Position numbers and translations under genes: made by a program. Below the pieces are notes generated by a model that saw only the letters and a list, made by a program, of their open reading frames with translations, did not search any database and was not told the DNA's origin. Below are positions 43,009 through 58,893 of a DNA stretch of 64,000 nt, piece after piece. The stretch comes from the human T2T-CHM13v2.0 reference genome, Homo sapiens, in NCBI RefSeq assembly GCF_009914755.1, contig NC_060944.1. One strand, 5' to 3'. Within the stretch, counting starts at the first letter, position 1. The number at the start of each line of letters is the position of its first letter.

Positions 43009-46000
43009 TTCAGATTATTATCCCAAAGAATGCTGAGAAACAGGAGCCCAAACTAAAGTTTGTGTTTAAAGATCAGTACACCTTACACTGACAATGTCCA
43101 GGGAAATCTTAAGAAGAATTAAATATCTACATGTCAAACATCTGAAAGCAAAACCCCGGAATTCCCTGGGCATCAATTTTTTCATGACAGCTTGCCAGTA
43201 TCAGACATACTAAGTACCTTCAAAAAGTGATGAGTTATACCATGGACAACTTTCATAGCAACAAATTATCAATTTACAAAACTCAAAGTCAACACATTGT
43301 ACCTCACAGTCATTTAAGCTGGCATGACTTTAAAGTACACACAAATATGAAGCAACCCATTGGAACTATTTGATTTATGTTAAACAGAACTATGGAATTT
43401 AAACATTCGTATGCTCAACCAAACCCTATTCCTAGCCAGTCGGCTCACTGATCAGTTTACAGATATCCTTCCAACATATACTGTTCAGCTAAATTTAATA
43501 TATTTTTTAAAATAAATCTTACTTCAAGTAAATTTCCTGAGCTGAAAAGAACTACAGCAAAATAATACCAAAAACAGCCCTGTGCCATAAAAGGCACTAG
43601 TTGTATTTAGTGAATTCTGCATCTCACAAGAACCTTCTACAGAGGGAACCAAGGTGGCAAACCCACGAAGGCCTTGAGTCCAGCAAGGGCCATGAAGCAG
43701 CATGTCACAAAGAAATTGTTTTTCTCCTCCTTTTGATGAGTTATGCTTTCAAGTCAGGAAATTAGAAACAGGTGTGCCAGAGGGCACACACATCCTCGCT
43801 CCACACTGAAAAACACACGTTTCCAATTTTCAAACATGAAAGAGACTCCTGTTGAATGAAAGAAGAAATGAAAATCCAGCCCTGTTTCTGTGAACCATAT
43901 GAAGGGAGCTTAGAAAGTCTTTGACAGGTTGCTCAACTTACCCCCTCTCCAACTGACAGCAGGTAGTACTCCACAATGGGAAGGAAAAGGCATTCTTTCA
44001 AGTGAGAACAATCAAAGGGAGAACTACATCAAGGATGGCAGAACTGGCATTTTAACTCATCACTTGATCTTACGCCTTTGTTTTTTTTTTTTTTTTTTTT
44101 AACATTTCTTCACCTTGTGTTTTAAAATCAGAAGTCTGTTCTTTCACAAAACAACAACAAAGCAATGCAAAGTAAGTATCTAGCAAAAAAAATCTGAGAA
44201 ATTAAAACATCAAAAGTGCATCTTGGGGATCACTTTATCCATTATATCCCAGGTCTACAATCTCTTTCAGAGAAAGACTTACCTTCCTTCCATGATGTCC
44301 TCAGCTCTTCTAGAGGTTAGGGGCTGAAGACATTTCAGTGAGTGTAGGAGGGTGATGGGTAGTGTTAAGATTAAAAACAACTGGTTTTGTTGAGATTTGG
44401 GGAGAGAAAGGTGGCAAGAAGGGAGATGTACTAATGGCTGCAACAACAGTCAAGCCATCAGGTACACTGAGGTACCTGCAAGTGATCCTTTGGGAAGCGC
44501 CACAGTGCATATTCCCTAGGTGAATGGATGCAGCAGAGCCTCATTCGGTGCTAATATAAGCCTTTTGCTATAGCTAATATGTCAACATATTCCTATATTG
44601 GCAAGAAGGTTTCCTATATTACCAAGGCCCCAGGTTTCATGTCTTTTGAGGACAAGGACTATGTTTTTAATTCTCTCTTATCATAACCAGGCTAGAACAT
44701 AAAATAAGAGCCTCTAAAACAGCTGCTGCTTTATTGCATGAGGCCAATTACAAGTCGTCTTGCTGAGGAGCAAAATACATGAACTCATGATGCATGGAAA
44801 GATATCCTTCATATCCTTTAAAATTATGTTTGGAAGAATAATAATACATAAAAATGTTCATTATAAAATATTAAATGAACAAAGTACAATACAAGCTAAG
44901 CAGTATTTCCGCTTTTGTTTAATGGCAAAAATCCACCGAAAATATTAATAGTGACTACCACAGGATGGCAAAAATTATCAGTTTCATTTCCCAAATCCTA
45001 TCAATGAGCATGCATTATTTCACAATCAGGAAAAAAATCTACTCATTTAAAATCTCTAAGATACAAGTAACATGTCGCACTGAATGAAAGGAAGAAATCC
45101 ACTCATTTAAAATCTCTAAGATATATCAATTGCTGTCACATTGAACTGGTTTCTTAGAAAATCATCTGGCATAATTCAGAATTCTACATAATTGCATACC
45201 ATCAGTGACTTTACTTATATAAAAAGCAAGAAGCAATATATTAAAAGTTAATCAGATATGAAGTGACCTAATTAGAGTATGCAATAAACTCAGAATAGAA
45301 TTCCCATCCCAGATAATTACTTCAGTTCTTAGAAATGTGCTGGTAGTTTATATACTCTGTTATCTGTAAATGAATATTATTTTTCCCACCCCCAACAACC
45401 AAACAGTCCAAAGAGTTAAGTGCTTTTAAGATGACAATGTTTACAAACATTAGGGTTTTATCTAGGCTCACATCTAGAAGTCATAATTCACAAAAAGATT
45501 TCCCATGGCATTATTCCTAACCCCACATATTATGTCTCAAATTATTTCAGCTCCAGTGGCAGCTCCTCAGCATTCTAAGAATCTCGTTGAGAGTGACAAA
45601 AATTATGAAGGTTTATTCTTTCATAAGGACAAGAAACTTCTGAGAAGCCAGTGTCAGCCTGCCCAACAAGGCAGATTAAGGAATCAAAGTGGACTAAAGA
45701 GTCTGGATGTCACCAACAGGACTAAGAGCAATGTATTTAACTCCTTGACTAGTTTTGCCTCTCAGCGTCTGGATCATTCCTCATCATGCCAGAACACTCT
45801 CAGAGAAGAAAGAGATATCTTCATGTATCTTCTAAAAGTATGATCATCTCCCTACTCAAGAGTCCCCCTTTCATACAAAAGAAAATGTCTAAACACCACG
45901 ACCTAAGTCCCCAAATTAAGCCCCAAACACCTCAGACTCAATCATCTTCTTCAGGCATCCTCTGCTCTTATCAAGAATATACCACTCTTAGCCCCTCATT

Positions 46001-46198
46001 TGCCTTCCTCTCAGCCTTCACTCATCCGGGCTTCACTGGCTTACCCCACCACAATGTATTTGTTTGTCATTCATATTCATTCACACTCATTCAGCAGTTG
46101 TAGGTAATAAGCAACATTCACACATCAACGAACAAAGCTGATGAAAATCCCAACCCCTAAGGAATTTAGAGCAGGGTAGAAAATAAAAAGAAAATAGC

Positions 46199-46782
46199 CA
46201 AGAGCTAAAAATAGAACCACCATTTGACCCAGCAATCCCATTACTGGGTATATACTCAAAGGAAAATAAATTGTTCTACCAAAAAGACAAGGCACTCACA
46301 TGTCCATCATAGTATTATTCACTATAGCAAAGACCTGGAATCAACCTAGATGCCCATCAGTGGTGAATTAACAAATAAAATGTGGTACATATACACCATA
46401 GAACACTACACAGCCACAGAAAAGAACAAAAAAAATATCCCTTGCAGCAACATGGATGTAGTTGGAGGTCATTATCCTAAGCAAATTAATGCAGAAACAG
46501 AAAACCAAATACCCTATATTCTCACTTATATGTGGCAGCTACACATTGGGTACACATGGACATAAAGATAGGAACAATAGACAATGAGGACTACTAGAGT
46601 GCGGAGGAAAGAAGAGGCACAAGGGTTGAAAAACTATCTATTGGGTACTACACTCATGACCTGGGTGATAGGATCAATCGTACCACAACCTCAGTATCAT
46701 GCGATATATTCATGTAACAAACCTGCAAATGTACCCATGAATCTACAGTAAAAGTTGAAATTAAAAGAAAGAAAAAGAAATA
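46199..46782 (+). mobile_element. L1PB/L1PA16-like 3' end
   Basis: gagctaaaaatagaaccaccatttgacccagcaatccc ... aaaactatctattgggtactacactc ... aaagttgaaattaaaag. Confidence 0.88.
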
Positions 46783-46800
46783 AAGGACAACTCAAATTAG

Positions 46801-49222
<2,422 letters not shown>

Positions 49223-51281
49223 AACCAATTTTTTAAAAAGAAAATTGTGTAAAGATATAAAATATTAGATAATGATACTTGCTACGGGAAAAAATAAAAC
49301 ATGAAAGGGAGACAGGAAATGTTGGCTGAAGGAAGAACTCCATGTTTATATAGGATGGCTGCAGAAGAACTCATCAAGGTGACTCATTTGAATAAAGGTC
49401 TGATGAGGTGAGAGTGGGGGCTTGAGACACTGAGGGTGGAGGAGAAGCAGCAGCTTGACAAAGCCCCTATGGCGGGAGTGTGCGTGGCATGTGTGAAGTA
49501 CTGCAAAGGAGCCACCGTAGCTGGAATTGTGTGAGCAAGAGAAGAAAAGCAAGAGGTTCTGAGGGGAAGCTGGGAAGTATCTCCAACAAGGCCTTATAGG
49601 CCCTTCATTAGGACTGTGGCTTTCCCATTTATTAAGATGGGAAGTGGCTTAACATTTCAAAATAGAGGTATATCGTTTGAGTTCGGTTTGAACACCAGTT
49701 GCAGGGTTGCAAAACAAATAAAGGGGGAATGGGGCAAAAAGCAAGAGACCAGCTAGGAGGCTAGCAATGATCCAGATTAGAGATGATGGCACCACAGAAC
49801 TGTTGGTGGCCATTAACGTGCTGAGAAGTGGTCAGATTTTAAATATATTCAGAGAGGAGAGTAAACAAAGTTTGTTGGTGAATTGGATGTGCGTGAGATA
49901 GAAAAGAGGGTCAAGGATGAACCCAAAATTTTGACTTGAGCCACTGGAATTGACACTTGCTGTGGGGAAAATATTTCAAGAGAACACGTTTAGGGTTAGG
50001 CAAGAGCTCATATTCGGACATGCTAAATAGATGTCTGTTATATATACAAGTGGAGATTTTAACAAGCACTTGAATTATAACTCAGTTATGGAGAGAGGCC
50101 CAGGTTGGAGATAAAATTGTAGGAATCATCAGCACATAGATGGTACTTAGCCATCAGACTGGATGAGACACAAAGGGAGCAGGTATACAAAGAAAGAGAG
50201 AAGAGGTTCAAGGACTAAGCACTGAGGCACTCCAACACTGAGACGTCAAAGAGATGAGGAATATTAACAAAGGAGACTAAGAAGGAGCAGCCAGTGAGGT
50301 GGCAGGAAAAACAGGAGTGTGTGGTCCCTGGAAGTCTATTAAGGACAGTATTTACAGGAGGAGCAAGTTATTTGAGCAACCGTGTCAAATGTTGCTTATA
50401 GGACTAAAGGATAATCACATGACTTTAGAGGTAATTGTTAATCTTGACAAGAACAGATTGGTGGCGTGGTAGAGGAGAAGTCCTGACTGAAGTAGAATAA
50501 AATTGAGTGAGAGAAGAGAACTAAGAAAAATAATAAACCTTGAGTATAGAAAATTCCTTGAGGTTTCACCTTGAAGGGTTGCTAAGAAATGGGGAGAGGG
50601 CTAGAAGGAAGACTGGAACCCTAGGTGATTTGCACTGAGTCCTCAGTAGAATAGGGCTTGTATTCACCAAGAGTGCCTGTGACACACAGAGTACAAGAAT
50701 GACTGCTGCTAAATAGAAGCTGAAGCATGGATTCCTGCCTGCCTTCCACATACCCTTAAAGAGCAATGACCACATGGCATTTGTCAATATCTCAGCAGTA
50801 GTCTCCCATTGGCTCCTGCTGTCACATAACCCCCCTCTCACAGAGAAGGCTGTCTCGTGCCCTCCTGACAAAGGTCTCTGGGCACGAGTTTTCTAACACA
50901 GTCCCATAGACAATCTCCCACAGAGGGACAGAGGAAGACCTCTGGTTGTTAAGTTGAGAAATCAAAAAGGAATGGCATATTCTCCTAGCCCTTGAGGAAG
51001 AAACTAATCACTAGCTCAGAAATATTGAGGCATAAGGCTGTTCTCAATTTTGGTATTTTTTTAATCCCATCTACCTTTGAAGCTACTCCTGGCAAGTCCT
51101 GACCACAACCCTCTCCGTCCTCAGGTTTCTAGAAATGCCCAGAGCCAAGACCTTAAAAAGCAAAGAACTGAGAAAATCAGAAATCCTTTGGCCTCACAGC
51201 AGAAACAAGGTAGTAGGTCTTTCTTCATGCCAGAATACTTTAAGGAGGGGAAATGAAGCCTACATCTTCTGATCTTAGTCA

Positions 51282-51683
<402 letters not shown>

Positions 51684-52075
51684 CTAATCTTCAATCTGCT
51701 CGTCCTTTCCATAGCCAGAGACATATCCCAGATATTTCTAACATTATGTATTTGCTGTGTTACTGAAAAATTATGTGTGAATTCAAATGTGGCAAATTGA
51801 ATTATATTTTAAAATCCTATTTAAAGAAAGTCCATGGTGAATAATCTGTTTGAAAAAGTAAGCATTCTTCTCAAACAGGGAGGACCCACACATACATTTC
51901 TTAATTTTTATTTGTATACCGGGCACTTACCCTGTACAAGGCTGTTTGCCAGGCACTCAGGAGACACAAATATACCCACAGCCCTCTTTCCTCAAGAGTT
52001 TATCTTACTGCCTCAAGACAGTCTGAAACAAATTATTTATTTTCTAGAAAAAGCTGAGAATAAGAAAAGCTTTTA

Positions 52076-52590
52076 CTATAATTTATCAATTCTAAAATAT
52101 ACTTTTTTCACATTTTTAAACTTCTGGATTCAGGTGTGTTATAACTGATGCATCCTCCCATGTAATCCTCCAGGCATTACATGCCTGGTGGCAGTAGTGA
52201 CAGAGCTGCCACTGCCTCTAGATGCAAGCGGTTCGCATGTGTTGACCCTTCAGTTACGTGCCGTGTTGGAACTACATGTGTTGAGTTAAACTGTTGTTTA
52301 AAATGTGTTCAGAAGGATTACGGTGTGATACAGAATTCAAATTAAAAATAACTGTACACATAGAAAGGTATGGAAATGGCAATGAGGCATGACTTTGCTA
52401 TCAGTGAAGGAAATACTTCTCACTGATGAGACATCCCTAATTCTATATTTTCCTGTAAAGCAACCACCATGCATTAAGTGATGAGAAGGCAGTGTGTTAT
52501 ACTTTAATTGACAGTCTTTTGTTTCCTTAGTGGTATAAAAATAATGGTGCATCTGATAAAGGATGATGACTTAGATTCAATGAAATACAG
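52076..52590. mobile_element. Tc2-family DNA transposon relic (MER104/Kanga1-like)
   Basis: TA-flanked degenerate TIRs ctataatttatcaattctaa... and ...cttagattcaatgaaatacag; subterminal aaaataatggtgcatct. Confidence 0.6.
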
Positions 52591-52594
52591 TAAG

Positions 52595-52790
52595 TATTGA
52601 GCCCCTACTCTGGGACAAGAAATGCACTAAAAGCTTTGTGTATGTCAACTTACTTACCCCTTACAGTAATGGTAGATATTATTCTGGTTTTACAAATAAC
52701 CCCTTGCCCAGGCTCCACAGCTAGTGGGTCTGGAAGAGTCTGGACAGGAACTCATGTGCCTGCTCTAGTCTATCCCTAGCTAGGCAAATT
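52595..52790 (-). mobile_element. MIR fragment
   Basis: tattgagcccctactctggg...gtagatattattctggttttacaaat...cttgcccaggctccacagctagt. Confidence 0.6.
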
Positions 52791-54069
52791 CCTATGACGC
52801 CAGAACATTAGTCAGAGTTTGAAAGGTCAGCTCCTGTTAATCCACCCCCTCTCCCCAAGCCCTTACTCATTTCTCCTCACCCAGTGATGAGAACAAGATG
52901 CTAGAGTTTATCCCTCAGGCTAATGACCAAATCACCCATCTGGCCTTGGGAGAGCCCTATCCTAACCATAACTAACTATCTTTTCTCCGCCTTTCAATTA
53001 TCACCTTCTAAGATATATAATCCTAAAATGCAGGCCAGGTCTCTGGATTTTCTGCAGCAGCCTAAGGCACAAGTCTTCTTTATTTTGGCCAAACAGTTGC
53101 AAAATTCAGTGCTCCACCTTTCTTCTGACTTGATCACCCAACTCTGCCATGTGTTTCCATTGTCAACTTCATAGCAACAGCCCCATGAGAAACAAGAATG
53201 AGGCAATCACACAAAGTCCAACGGACAAGAGGGACTGGAGATTTACTCTATCATCCCCAGGTTCTGTGGGCTGATGATGGTTAGTCTTTTAGCTTGCGAA
53301 GAGTATAACATGACAAGTTGGGTATCTAAGTTAAAAAGCTACACTGGATGTCATGAACTGGAAAGCTAGAGGTATCTTTAGACATATGAAACTATCTTCA
53401 ACTGACACAGGATAGGCAAAAGAGGAAATATTCAAAAGCAATGGAGAAAAACCTTAATTTTACAATTTTAACTTTACCTACCCATTCCTTGCATTCTACT
53501 TAATAGAATCAAATCCATGGAGTATGTTCTTATTCCAACTTGCACATCACCAATTTTAAAATAAGGGTAGGGGACTGGTGGACAATCTCCTCGGACTTGG
53601 AAATCTCTTTTCCAAATTGACACAATCAGGCAGGCTCTCAGGATTTCAGTTTAGAATAGAAGCCAATTCTCCTAACATCTAGATATGAAAGTAATGTCTA
53701 AACAACAACCTATCTCACTGAACAACATATTGACCACAAAGAAAACTCTTATAATACATGATTCCAACTGTGATTTCTTTGAGACAATCAAAATGCAACT
53801 ATGAATTAGTCTTTGCTTTGTTCAAGTACTACAATTTTCCATAGACACGGGGCCATACTAAATTATGTTCACAGCCTAATTTGTAAACATTATGCATCAA
53901 GGTTTTCATGTGCCACCAATATTAAATTAAAATTTAAAATTAACTCATATTATTACATTATGCTCATTTCTTCAAAAATGACTAAAAACAATTTTTTGAC
54001 AATTATAGTAGTATGGATTCGATTCAACATTAATTCATTTTAGACTTCTCCTGATAGGCCAATGGCTCA

Positions 54070-54900
54070 AAACCATGTTTTTCCACTGATGCAAGAAATG
54101 GAGCTAGGTCAGGAGGCTGCTAAGATAGGCAGGCATGAGAAGATGAGTCTGAAAGAACAGAGTCAGGAAAGAAGAAACAGAAAGAAACCACAAATATGAG
54201 AGTGGTGCCAAGATTTCAAGTCTGAGCAAAGGATAGGAGAATAAGAGCAATGAAAGAGATAGAGGACACAGGAGAAAGGTGACACAGGGTGGGGATGAAG
54301 AATGAAATGTTCTGTTGAACCTCATGAGTCTGATATGTATACACAGCACCCATAGGAACATGCCCACCAGGAAGTCAGAAAGGACTCACATGCACCTCAA
54401 AAGTCCAAAGTAGATACAGACATGGAAGCCAATCCCAAGAGAGAACAGCTGAAATCATGAGAACAGCAGAAATAACAAGAAATCAGCAGGAGAAAGCACA
54501 GAATTCACCAAAGGCTCAACCCTGGGGCTGTGGGCAATGGGAGGACAGAGGAGTAAGAATCTATGAAGAAGGCCAAGATGGAACAGGTCAGAGAGGCAGA
54601 CAAACCAAGAGGGTTCCAGGATCTATGCTACATGCAAAAGGAAAAGTCACTTGCATCAGAGATCGCAGAAAGAGCAGACAGAAAGCAGGACAAGAGGGCT
54701 ACTGGACTGGGTGCTTTGTTAGTGTGGTGGGGCAGAAACCAATGTGATAAGAAATTGGAGAGAGAAAGGTAGGAAAGGAAGCCATATTTGTCCACTCTCC
54801 CGATAAAGTCTGATGCTGTTGGAGAGAAAGGGATGGGACTGTAACTTGAAGGATAACATGAAAAAGGAATGAATCAATATTATTTTGTCAACCAGAGGTA
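54070..54900 (-). mobile_element. Diverged L2 fragment
   Basis: Purine-rich tract with gtcaggaggctgct, ccaagatttcaagtctgagc, gaaatgttctgttgaacc. Confidence 0.5.
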
Positions 54901-55020
54901 TCATCACATAATGAGAAAAGGCTTCACGTACATCTGGCACAGGCATGATTAAAGTATGGAAATAGACAACAACCATTCTGCCTATTAAAACTCTCCATGT
55001 CCACCATTCCTCATCTCCTG

Positions 55021-55062
55021 CACACACGCACGCACGCACACACACATACGCACACACACACT
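55021..55062. repeat. Mixed (CA)/(CG) alternating purine-pyrimidine tract
   Basis: cacacacgcacgcacgcacacacacatacgcacacacacact. Confidence 0.85.
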
Positions 55063-55355
55063 TTGTACTAAATGATAATGCCTTTACAATATACATATAA
55101 AAAGAAGACCTGTATTACATTAAAAGTGTCGTTCAAGGACTGAATGTCATAAACTGTATATTTGGAAATGTACCTTGTAAGTTTTATGTCAACATTTTAC
55201 TCAAGAGATTATCTGTTAATTTTTGAAATTAACTGCTACTTTTATGTCTTTTGTTATCTAAACTTGGCAGCATCATGGGTCATTAGAAAAAATATAGATC
55301 TATAAAAATATAATTAACCATAGTTAACTCCAGAGTTGTATTGAAAATGTTAGTG

Positions 55356-55659
55356 GGTCGGGTGCAGTGACTTAAGCCTGTAATCCCAGCACTTTGGGAG
55401 GCCTAGGAGGGCAGATCACTTGAGGCCAAGAGTTCAAGACCAGCCTGGCCAACATGGCAAAACCCTGTCTCTACTAAAAATACAAAAAATCAGCCGGGTG
55501 TGGTGGTGCACGCCTGTAATCCCAGCTACTCGGAAGGCTGAAGCATGAGAATCACTTGAACCTGGGAGGCAGAAGTTGCAGTGAGCCAAGATCGCACCAC
55601 TGCTCCAGCATGGGGACAGAGTGAGACTCTGACTCAAAAAAAAAAAAAAAAAAAAAAAA
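55356..55659 (+). mobile_element. AluS, about 190 bp from the donor of the 79-nt exon; antisense in the TASP1 pre-mRNA
   Basis: Full dimer, long A tail, TSD gaaaatgttag at 55343-55353 and 55660-55670. Confidence 0.95.
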
Positions 55660-55847
55660 GAAAATGTTAGCAAAGTATTTACACTGATACTAAACAACCC
55701 TTAAAACCTCGCAAATACTGAAGATCTTTCCCACATCCATACACTGTCATAGCACATGTTCTATGTTTACCCACAAATATTGCTTTTAATCATTAAATGA
55801 TTGACAAGGTTGAAGTTATGAGAAATGGTTATGAAAGCAGCAAATAC

Positions 55848-55926
55848 CTGAGGTACTCACAGCTGTGGAGTAGGGGTTATGAGCTCCAGTATTTTCAGCC
55901 CAGCAGCCACATCCATAAAGAGCAGC
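55848..55926 (-). CDS. TASP1: Taspase 1 internal coding exon (probably exon 10), 79 nt, phase 0-1: AALYGCGCWAENTGAHNPYSTAVSTS(G)
   Basis: Manual minus-strand translation (too short for the ORF track). Acceptor ...attttcttttttccccAG at 55928-55927; donor CAG|GTATTT at 55847-55842. In frame with both neighbouring exons. Confidence 0.95.
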
Positions 55927-56271
55927 CTGGGGAAAAAAGAAAATAGATATAATATTTCAGAAATATCATATGTAATTATTAGTTTTCAACAGAAATCATA
56001 CCCTCTAATAAAGCCTGGTTTAATAATGATATAAAACAACTAGGTGATAATACCAGATGTTGTATAAGACATACCCACACGATGCTTTTAATACTATCAA
56101 AACTATGTTTTCAGATATTCCATTAATCTTAAAACTTTCAGAAAATAGCAAAAGCAAGTTTCTTAGTGTCATCAGCAGTAATTTTTTCCTTCCCTGAAAA
56201 ACTTCTCCCTTTTGTAATTTGTCAGCTAGTTGTTCTTCTGGCCCCTTAAAACCAATGTGGTTGGCTTAAAA

Positions 56272-56450
56272 TAGTAGTTTTCAAACTAGGTGTGTGTCAG
56301 ATCACTTGGGGAGCTTACTGATAAGAACCCTGATTCCTGGAAATTCTGACTTAGTGTCTGGGGCAGACCTAGGAATCAGTACTGTTAACCAGGGCCATGG
56401 GGTACTGGGATGCAGCTGGTCCTCCTGCCATGCTCCAGGAAACCCTGCTT
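56272..56450. mobile_element. MER5A-like relic
   Basis: tagtagttttcaaact...cagatcacttggggagctt...aattctgacttagtgtctggggcagacctaggaatc. Confidence 0.65.
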
Positions 56451-57229
56451 CAAGAGGGCCTTTTCCATGTCTGTGTTGACGTGGCACAAGAGGAAGTGCA
56501 AATAGTTCTGTACCAAAGGGCCCAATATATGCTCACTACTGTGCTAGATTCAGCCAGATGAAAAGAAAGGAGGCAAAAAGGCCTACTCAAGCTCATCACT
56601 TTGTTAGGTGGTGGAGCAGATTTATACATCTGAAACCATCAGGTACACAATAAGCTACTATGGTTTTATAACAGATTATGACAATCATTCCTATTTTGTT
56701 TTTAATAATGCTACTTCTCTTCAATATCCACAATGACTTTTCTGACTTTGGGAGGGAAATCACAACTAATAACTCTTCCACTCCATAGTAAGAAGTAGAG
56801 ATTAAAATTTTTAAAAAACCTAGCTAGCTAGCTATCATAGAAAAATACAAGGTGGCATGCTCAAGAGTTCATTACTAAATGGTTGATAAGAATGAGAAAC
56901 TTGAAACAACCTAAATGTCAATCAGTGAGGAAATGGCTAAACTTTGGCATGGCATTATGTGGAATTCATTGCAAAGGTTAAAAATAAAAGAATTAAGCTT
57001 TTTAAAAAGTCTTTAAGAACAAATACAGAAAGAGCTCCCAAACATATTGTTGAATTGAAAACAATAGCAAGCTACAATACATTCAGTATTCCCTGCCACT
57101 GATGGAGGAAAAAGATACTCCCATAAAGCAGTACTGATATTTTCTAAGAGTTCATTCTGAGGACTGGGGAATAGGCTAAGACTGAGGATGGGGACCAGAC
57201 TTCAGCTTTCTATGATATTCTGTTATTTT

Positions 57230-57720
57230 TTTACAAGGATCTTAGAAATCATTCGCTCCAATATTCTACCCAGAGCGGGAATCTCCATGAAACATCCCAG
57301 GCACTTCTGACACTGAGAACCTCACTGCCTCATGTGGGAACACATTCTGTTTACGGACACTTCCCATTGGTAGCAAATATGTGCTGTATTATAACCTCCA
57401 ACCACTAGTCCTGCCTCTGCTCTCTGGAAGTACTGTAACCTCCCCCAGAAAGTCCTCCAATTTTTTAAAAACAGCTATTTTAGTTCTCTTTTCTAACCCA
57501 AAGAAACCCAAATTTGTGAGCTGTTCCCCAAGACTCTGCGATGCACAAACCCACCACTCTCTCATAATTACCCTCCTAGAGAAATAAGTCAGTGTCCAGG
57601 ATAACCAGAGACGGAAGTCTCCCATGTTCATGTGACCCATAGTTGCTATCTCCAGATGTTACAGACAATATCCCTCTTAAAATTAGAAGCAAGAACTGAG
57701 CGGGATACTCTCAATATGGT
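57230..57720. mobile_element. CR1/L3-like relic
   Basis: gagaacctcactgcctcatgtggg, ccactagtcctgcctctgctctctgga, agaactgagcgggatactc. Confidence 0.5.
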
Positions 57721-58389
57721 AGACATTGGGAAATCTGTTTACTGTTTCTGACAACACCACGCTTCTAAAATACATGCTGGCTCAGGGTCAGTGTGGCAAC
57801 TGAAAGCCCTTCAGAAGTGATTTAGAATATGAATTTATAAATAAACTGGCAGACTTGTGGGATAACTATTCAACTGGTACTCCCTGAAGCAAGTGCTGGG
57901 TCAGCCAGTCTCAGAGAACACAAGAAATCAATGGAAGGACCCATTCTTTCTTCATTGAAAACTATCATCTTTTACGTCCCCCACAATTAACATGACCAGT
58001 AGCCTGCACTCAAAAAATAGTAAATAAGGTCCCAAGGACACCTCTTATAAAGCCAGGGGAGGTCATCTTTCTAGAAAAGAACATTTACACTTACCCTTTG
58101 CTCCTTCCCTTTAAGAAAATTCCCTTTATGATACCCTTCCTTAGTTTCAAGACCTAAAATTGTCTTTCTTCTTAACCTTCTGAAATTCATTGGGCTGAGA
58201 CAGTGATAGGTAAGATAAAAGAATTAGAGGTTGTCCATCTCTTATCCACTTCATTGGATAAAATATGGCAACCTTAAGCAAGCCTTTAAAAACAAATTTT
58301 TAAAATCTTACTTCTTTTTGGTAGTAAAACTGTATTAAAATTTTATTAAAGCTATTATCATGCAGTAAAAGTAGGTCATATAAATGATA

Positions 58390-58760
58390 TTATTATTAGT
58401 CTTCTCTGGGCAATAGTTTCCTCTTCTATACAATAAAGATAATGAAAATACCTACCTCATATTGTTGTCACAGGATCATGCGAATTAACGTACTTGCTGA
58501 ACATAGCAAGTGCTTAATTAACAGTAGCTATAGCTGTTATTACTAGGGGCTATAATATGTAATTTAAATACATTTTGACATTGAATCTTCTACAAGTTTG
58601 TAAGGTAGCCGGTTATCCCCATTTTACAGAGGTGGAAAGTGGAGCTGAAAGATGTTAAGTAACTTGTTCAAAGTAAGGGGCATGGTAAATGGGGAGGTGG
58701 GATTAGAATAGAGGTTTACCTAGATCGGAAGTCCACACTTAACCAGTAAACTCAACCGCC
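58390..58760. mobile_element. Two MIR fragments in opposite orientation
   Basis: Plus: agtttcctctt...atacctacctcatattgttg. Minus: atccccattttacagaggtggaaag...gttaagtaacttgttcaaagt. Confidence 0.7.
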
Positions 58761-58893
58761 TATTTGTGTGGGGGTGGGGTGAGGTTTAGGAGGACAAATG
58801 AAATATAATAATTCCTTTCTCATGTCCAAACTGTAAATTCAAATTATTACAGTAAGCTAAAGAAGCAAATAAGTTCTAATTCAAATTGCCATT

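Noticed and set aside
42972-44100. Isolated A22 (42972-42993) and T20 (44081-44100) tracts as processed-pseudogene tails
   Set aside because: No adjacent mRNA-like body or TSD; the A tract lies within a MER5A relic.
45035-45123. Repeat-spacer-repeat (29 bp / 31 bp) resembling a CRISPR unit
   Set aside because: Only two units, primate intron, no cas genes; the spacer resembles the sequence after the second unit, so it is a tandem duplication.
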